The notes under the pieces were generated by a model, which saw only the letters and a list, made by a program, of their open reading frames with translations, ran no database searches and was not told where the DNA came from. Below, in pieces: positions 60,184 through 64,000 of a DNA stretch of 64,000 nt (the stretch's first letter is position 1; each line of letters starts with the position of its first letter). The stretch comes from an uncultured Ignavibacteriaceae bacterium (lineage in GTDB: Bacteria > Bacteroidota > Ignavibacteria > Ignavibacteriales > Ignavibacteriaceae), in assembly GCA_963804005.1 (NCBI GenBank), contig CAWDOP010000007.1, positions 15,562 through 79,561 on the forward strand, in the 5' to 3' direction. The position numbers and the translations under genes are program-made.

Positions 60184-61430
60184 ACAGATTTAAAATATTG
60201 CTTTCTCTTCTAATTGTATTTTTGTCAATTTCTGGTATTGCACAAGAAAAACAAATCAACTCCAAGCGTGTTGAATTAGAGAAACTTAAAAATGAAATTC
60301 AAACCATTGAGTCTGAACTAAAAAAAAGTACAACAAAGGAAAAACAATCGCTCCAGGCTTATGATAAACTGAACAGGCAGAATTTTTTAATCAATAAAGT
60401 CGTACTTAATCTGAAAAAGGAAGAAGAGCAAAAAGCGTACGAAATTAAACTTAGCGAACAAAATATTTCTTCTATCGAAAAGGAAATTGATAAGCTTAAG
60501 AAGAATTATGAAAAATATGTTGTCGCTATCTACAAAGGCGGCAAGGTAAATGAGTATGAAAGTCTTCTGAACTCGAAATCATTCAACCAGGCAATTTTAC
60601 GATATAAGTATCTTAAAGAATTCTCACGTCAACGCAAGAATGATCTCGTTAAGTTCAATGAAAACAAGGAAGAACTATTTGCTGCAAAGAAGCAACTAGA
60701 AATTGAAAGAGCAGAAAAAAGAAAGCTCACAGAGGAAAAAAGCACTGAAGAAAAAACTCTTAAAGCAAAATTAGCTGATCAGAAAAAAGTTCTTAACAGT
60801 GTTAAAAAAGATAAAGCCGCACTTAATAAAAAATTAAAAGACAAAAGAAACGCCGAAAAACAAATCGCAAACCTGATTGTAAAACTTGTTGAAGAGGCAG
60901 AACGTAAGCAAAGAGAACTTGAACAGAAGCAGCAGAAAGATCGTTTAATTGCAAGTACTAATCCTAATATAAAATCTGAAACATTTCCAGAATATAATTT
61001 GGATTTAAATACTTCCTCATTCAAATCATTTGCTGAGTTAAGAGGTAAATTAAACTGGCCCGTAAGAAGGGGAAGAATTGTCGGTAAATTCGGTGAGTCA
61101 ACAAATCCTGCGCTTAGAACCATTACATTGAGCAACGGTATCGATATTAAAACAGCCGGTGATTTAAACGTATACACCGTTGTTGAAGGTGTTGTATCCG
61201 CTGTTGAATGGATACCCGGTTACGGCAGTGTAATCATAATTTCTCACAAAGGAAATTTCCGTACAGTATATAGTCATTTATCAGAAATATTTGTGAATGA
61301 AGGTGATAGAGTCAGAACGGGCACGGTTATAGCAAGAGTAAGTGAGGGAATTGAAGGTACAATTCTTCATTTTGAAATATGGAATGCACGGGAAAAAGTT
61401 AATCCGGAATTGTGGTTAAAAAAATCATAA
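60177..61430 (+). CDS. EnvC-like murein hydrolase activator (coiled coil plus degenerate LytM/M23 domain)
   Basis: 417 aa with a signal sequence, ~250 aa of K/E-rich coiled coil and a C-terminal M23 domain. The HxxxD histidine is absent (SNGIDI) and HxH is reduced to ILHFE. Confidence 0.8.
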   Translation: MVNRFKILLSLLIVFLSISGIAQEKQINSKRVELEKLKNEIQTIESELKKSTTKEKQSLQAYDKLNRQNFLINKVVLNLKKEEEQKAYEIKLSEQNISSIEKEIDKLKKNYEKYVVAIYKGGKVNEYESLLNSKSFNQAILRYKYLKEFSRQRKNDLVKFNENKEELFAAKKQLEIERAEKRKLTEEKSTEEKTLKAKLADQKKVLNSVKKDKAALNKKLKDKRNAEKQIANLIVKLVEEAERKQRELEQKQQKDRLIASTNPNIKSETFPEYNLDLNTSSFKSFAELRGKLNWPVRRGRIVGKFGESTNPALRTITLSNGIDIKTAGDLNVYTVVEGVVSAVEWIPGYGSVIIISHKGNFRTVYSHLSEIFVNEGDRVRTGTVIARVSEGIEGTILHFEIWNAREKVNPELWLKKS

Positions 61431-61440
61431 TGTATTCTTC

Positions 61441-62706
61441 TTGAAGAAATTCTTTAAAATACCAGGGAGTTATAAAACTCTAATTCAGAATTTCTTTTCA
61501 CTATCAGCACTTCAGTTTTTCAATTATTTATTCCCACTTATAACTCTTCCTTATGTCGTTCGAGTATTAGGACCGGAAAAATTTGGTTTGGTAAATTTTG
61601 CTGCGGCGTTCGTTGGGTATTTCATTACAATCAGCGATTATGGCTTTAATCTCTCTGCAACAAGACAGATTTCAGTTAATCGGGATGATCAAAATGAAAT
61701 AAATAAAATATTTATTTCAGTTATTTTCTCAAAAATTTTATTAGGAATCCTTTCTTTCGCCATTTTGATAATTGCAATTTTAAGCTTCGAAATATTCAGA
61801 AATGAATATCTGCTCTACTTAATTTCATTTGGATTGGTAATCTCGACAATTCTTTTTCCCTTCTGGTTATTACAGGGATTGGAAAAAATGAAATACATTC
61901 CTTTAATTCATCTTGTACCAAAGATCATTGGTACGATTTTGATATTTACAATTATTACAAGTACAGATGATTTTTTACTTTATGCTTTAATTCTTTCCGG
62001 AGTACAATTAAGCATTGGAATTATTGGATTACTCTTTGCCATTCGTATGATCAAACTAAAGTGGATTTCACCATCATTCACTAGTATTAAAACTCAGTTA
62101 AGTGATGGACTTGAGATCTTTAAATCAACTATTGCTATAAATCTATATACAAACAGCAATACATTCATTCTCGGTTTATTAACTAATAATGAAGTCGTTG
62201 GATATTTTTCTGCTGCGGATAAGATCAGGATATTTTTTCAAAGTATCTTTTCTCCTGTTTCTCAAAGTGTTTTCCCATTTGTAAACTATTTGCTGAAGGA
62301 ATCAAAAGAGAAATTATTATTGTTCAATAAAAAATTGCTAAAATTTCAAGCACTAACCGGAATAGTAATTTCAGTATTAATTTTCATTTTTGCCGAACAA
62401 ATTGTTTATCTAATTTTGGGCGATAATTATATGGAATCAGTATTGATCTTAAGAATTATTTGCTGGCTTCCATTTATAATTTATATAAGTAATATCTATG
62501 GAATTCAAACAATGCTGCCTTTGGGTTTCGACAAACAGTTTTTTCTTATAGTTGCGTTGGCTGCAATAATCAATCTATCGATAGCCTTTTTGCTTGTACC
62601 TTTTTATCAGGCAATCGGCACATCTATTGCAGTTTTAGTAACAGAAATATTTGTAACTATTAGTATGATTTTATTTTTATACAAGAAACAAGTAAAGCTG
62701 TTATAA
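61441..62706 (+). CDS. Polysaccharide flippase (MOP/Wzx family)
   Basis: 421 aa with ~12 TM segments and the family-typical N-terminus ...LSALQFFNYLFPLITLPYVVRVLGPEKFG. TTG start. Confidence 0.8.
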   Translation: MKKFFKIPGSYKTLIQNFFSLSALQFFNYLFPLITLPYVVRVLGPEKFGLVNFAAAFVGYFITISDYGFNLSATRQISVNRDDQNEINKIFISVIFSKILLGILSFAILIIAILSFEIFRNEYLLYLISFGLVISTILFPFWLLQGLEKMKYIPLIHLVPKIIGTILIFTIITSTDDFLLYALILSGVQLSIGIIGLLFAIRMIKLKWISPSFTSIKTQLSDGLEIFKSTIAINLYTNSNTFILGLLTNNEVVGYFSAADKIRIFFQSIFSPVSQSVFPFVNYLLKESKEKLLLFNKKLLKFQALTGIVISVLIFIFAEQIVYLILGDNYMESVLILRIICWLPFIIYISNIYGIQTMLPLGFDKQFFLIVALAAIINLSIAFLLVPFYQAIGTSIAVLVTEIFVTISMILFLYKKQVKLL

Positions 62707-62707
62707 G

Positions 62708-63809
62708 ATGAAATACGATTACCTAATAGTTGGTGCAGGATTTGCTGGATCAGTTATGGCTGAAAGGATTAGCTTCTCAGCTTGATAAAAAAGTATTATT
62801 AGTCGAGAAAAGAAATCACATTGCTGGTAATGCTTATGATGAATATGATGAACACGGAATATTAGTTCATCGTTATGGTCCGCATATTTTTCACACTAAC
62901 AGTAAAGAAGTTTTTGACTATCTCTCACAGTTTACTGAATGGACTCCGTATGAGCATAAAGTTTTAGCAAAATTAAATGAAAAATTATATCCAATTCCAA
63001 TAAACAGATTAACAATAAATCAATTATATAATCTAAATCTGAAAACAGAGGAAGAAGTAAAAAATTATTTTGAGAAGGTTAAAGAGCACAGGCATCCAAT
63101 AATGAATTCAGAAGATATAATTGTTAATCAGGTTGGTAAAGATTTATTTGAGAAGTTCTTTAGACACTACACAAAAAAACAATGGAATCTTGAACCAAAA
63201 GAACTATCACCTTCTGTATGCGGAAGAATTCCTGTAAGAACAAATGATGATTGCAGATACTTTACAGATAAGTATCAGTTTATGCCCAAAGACGGTTACA
63301 CAAAAATGTTTGAAAAGATGTTGAATCATAAGAACATTGAAGTAATTTTAAACACAGATTATAAAAGCATTATTGATATCAATTAAATTTGATAAGATGA
63401 TTTACACCGGTCCAATTGATTATTTTTTTGATTATAAATTTGGAAAACTTCCATACAGATCAATAAGGTTTGAGTTTAAGAATTTGAAACAGGACAACTA
63501 TCAGGAAACGGCTCAAATAAATTATGTTGATGATTCAGTCAAATATACACGCGTCATCGAACATAAATTACTTAGTCAGCAAAACTCAGATACAACAACA
63601 GTTTCATTTGAATATCCTCAACAGGATGGTGAACCATTTTATCCAATACCAAATGAAGAATAACAGGCAACAATATTTACTTTATAAGAACGAAGCACAA
63701 AAGTTAAAAAATACAATTTTTTGCGGTACGCTTAGCAGAATACCAATATTATAATATGGATCAGGTTGTGGCAAATACATTAATGTTATTTAAATCAAAT
63801 TTTAATAAA
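62708..63809 (+). pseudogene. glf: UDP-galactopyranose mutase Glf, at least four frameshifts
   Basis: The segments are MKYDYLIVGAGFAGSVMAER | LASQLDKKVLLVEKRNHIAGNAYD...GPHIFHTN... | IKFDKMIYTGPIDYFFDYKFGKLPYRS...FYPIPNEE | NRQQYLLYKNEAQKLKNTIFCG | RLAEYQYYNMDQVVANTL. Breaks lie near 62762-62772, 63379-63385, 63650-63664 and 63722-63731. In the last frame there is no stop before the next gene, so the 3' end is unresolved. Confidence 0.8.
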
Positions 63810-64000
63810 ATGAATTATAAAATTGCTGCTGTAGTAGTTACCTATAATCGTTTAGAATTATTAAAGAAGTGTTTGGATAGCTTAAGAGATCAAACACACA
63901 AATTAGACGAAATAATAGTGATTAATAATTCAAGCGGTGATGGGACACTTGAATGGCTGCAGGAACAAAATAATTTAACTGTAATTACTCAGGAAAACAG
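63810..64000 (+). CDS. Family 2 glycosyltransferase (3' end lies outside the window)
   Basis: MNYKIAAVVVTYNRLELLKKCLDSLRDQT...IIVINNSSGDGT is a typical GT2 N-terminus. The frame is open to the window edge. Confidence 0.7.
   Translation, partial: MNYKIAAVVVTYNRLELLKKCLDSLRDQTHKLDEIIVINNSSGDGTLEWLQEQNNLTVITQEN

Noticed and set aside
63756-64000. A Glf-GT2 fusion protein, suggested by the open frame from MDQVVANTL... into the glycosyltransferase
   Set aside because: The GT2 has its own typical N-terminus at ATG 63810 (MNYKIAAVVVTYNR). Glf proteins normally end 15-35 aa after the NMDQ motif. Given at least four indels already in glf, the read-through is more likely another lesion or error than a true fusion.

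Overview
This is a low-GC bacterial chromosome segment of about 60 genes, roughly one third G+C by eye. Conserved genes such as groEL, menB and katG sit in the mid-40s to about 50% in 100-nt samples I counted. Gene content suggests an FCB-group organism (Ignavibacteria, Chlorobi or Bacteroidetes-like); this is inference only. The supporting observations are a TPR / LolB-like / EnvC-like trio, many lipoproteins and frequent TAATG stop-start overlaps.

The window is mostly housekeeping:
- the end of the dcw cluster (ftsQ partial, ftsA, ftsZ)
- pyrR-pyrB-pyrC and a tRNA-Pro(CGG)
- a very large orphan sensor kinase translationally coupled to a UvrD-type helicase-nuclease
- central-metabolism genes (ald, a 2-hydroxyacid dehydrogenase, a CoA-transferase, transketolase, pdxJ)
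- groES-groEL behind a perfect CIRCE operator
- a classical menaquinone operon (menF-D-H-B-A-E) headed by rsgA
- envelope genes and the start of a surface-polysaccharide locus (flippase, glf, GT2)

I saw no CRISPR array, transposase, integrase, phage gene or recognisable defence system.

The most notable observations are:
1. A tight six-gene minus-strand envelope cluster (51993-57419) combines an ATP-grasp enzyme, two outer-membrane barrels and two lipoproteins of extreme composition. One lipoprotein has a 68-residue stretch with 27 Tyr. I cannot assign the cluster to a described system.
2. I infer at least 18 single-nucleotide frameshifts, and they are strongly clustered. Nine lie in 1.2 kb across the katG 5' end and a ybaN-like gene, at least 4 lie in glf, and the rest are in menF, menE, a COG2403 gene and a TPR gene. 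Many sit at homopolymer runs and one pair compensates, so assembly error and genuine decay must both be considered.
3. A free-standing ORF encodes only the C-terminal half of a DnaE2/ImuC-like polymerase.
4. A candidate small RNA has a promoter-like element and a strong intrinsic terminator.

All indel coordinates are approximate because they come from manual translation.
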